A DNA stretch of 64,000 nt, taken from assembly GCA_036703275.1 (NCBI GenBank), contig DATNPK010000082.1:86130-150129 (forward strand), read 5' to 3'. Positions 63,552 through 64,000 of the stretch are shown in pieces. Below the pieces are notes generated by a model. It made no database searches and had not been told where the DNA came from. It saw only the letters and a program-made list of their open reading frames with translations. Each line of letters begins with the position of its first letter. Within the stretch, counting starts at the first letter, position 1. A program made the position numbers and the translations under genes. Origin of the DNA: Coleofasciculaceae cyanobacterium. Its GTDB lineage: Bacteria; Cyanobacteriota; Cyanobacteriia; Cyanobacteriales; Xenococcaceae.

Positions 63552-64000
63552 ATAGCTGCCAGTCGTCGGGCTGCAATGGCTCACTAATGTGGTATTCAAG
63601 ATATCTAATACCTTGTCGCATGCCCGATTCGCTTCACCGACTGACTTAAATAATGAAATAGAACAAGAGAGTAGTGTAAACAGAAAATTACTAGAATTGT
63701 GTTTTAAAGGAAAGTTCAAGTCTTTAATTAGTTTTATTTTCCGCATAAGTTACGGTTAAGGTTCCCCAATTATTAAGATTAAGCAATCGAATAAAATTAT
63801 TTAGCATAGGTTAGTTATATTTAAGAATTCCAGATAATAAGCATCTAAAACTTGAAGAGCTAGCAGGGGTTGTAGACAAGCTAAAACAGAATTTTAAAAA
63901 TTATTAAGGAAAAGTATTTGTCTACATGATCAGATTTAGCAAAATCTTTTGAAGATTTGCAAGTTGCTCGTTGCTTAAAGAAGATCTAACTATCTCTAAC

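Larger units (their letters stand above)
43030..64000. mobile_element. putative integrated island(s) to the right of the tRNA fragment: defence cargo (43.2-57.0 kb) plus mobilisation module (57.0-63.6 kb); right end outside window
   Basis: The evidence is a tRNA 3' fragment, an adjacent integrase remnant, defence and TA gene content, a relaxase and a coupling protein. HIP1 content differs sharply between the two halves, so this may be two units. Confidence 0.4.

Noticed and set aside
1-64000. CRISPR arrays and HIP1 (GCGATCGC) palindromes as specific regulatory sites
   Set aside because: No array of regularly spaced 25-40 nt repeats is present. The only tandem repeats are 7-10 nt units repeated 3-4 times. 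HIP1 occurs throughout coding regions as a genome-wide cyanobacterial signature, not as a local operator.

Overview
This window is a cyanobacterial chromosomal segment. HIP1 GCGATCGC palindromes occur about once per kb, ccsB/ccdA are present, and there is a hetP-like gene. All family calls come from reading the supplied translations and from remembered motifs; no searches were run.

**1-21 kb: mostly housekeeping.** It holds envelope glycosyltransferases, ssb, proS, tRNA-Ser, ccsB/ccdA, a Ca2+/H+ antiporter, a ClpC paralogue, tRNA-Leu and murA. It also holds a MotA/MotB-like stator pair, an orphan YoeB toxin and small pseudogenes.

**21-29 kb: a decayed secretion locus.** It starts with an ORF-free AT-rich 1.4 kb stretch. 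After that come an HlyD pseudogene, an intact hetP-like gene, a shattered cNMP-C39-ABC (HetC-like) exporter, a PPIase fragment and a broken RTX-like repeat protein.

**29.5-40.3 kb: the most interesting intact locus.** Two intact genes, plus one pseudogene and one stub, encode proteins with a near-identical 31-aa double-glycine leader fused to beta/gamma-crystallin-like Greek-key cores. They are co-directional with a C39-peptidase ABC exporter, an HlyD adaptor and an operonic FAD monooxygenase. A 6-TM histidine kinase and a LuxR-type regulator are transcribed divergently. A recurring ACTTTAGT-N24-26-ACTAAAGT inverted repeat sits in three of its promoter regions.

**40.3-43 kb: a pseudogene graveyard.** It ends at a tRNA-Met 3' fragment that looks like an att site.

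**43.2-57 kb: a defence island.** It carries a DUF499 ATPase, a DUF3780-like protein, a DUF1156 Zn-ribbon methyltransferase and a PLD-SNF2 helicase. Three toxin-antitoxin modules are inserted into it, and the methyltransferase has a nonsense codon in its signature N-terminal motif.

**57-64 kb: a HIP1-free mobilisation module.** It holds a ParA-like gene set, a MobF relaxase and a type IV coupling protein.
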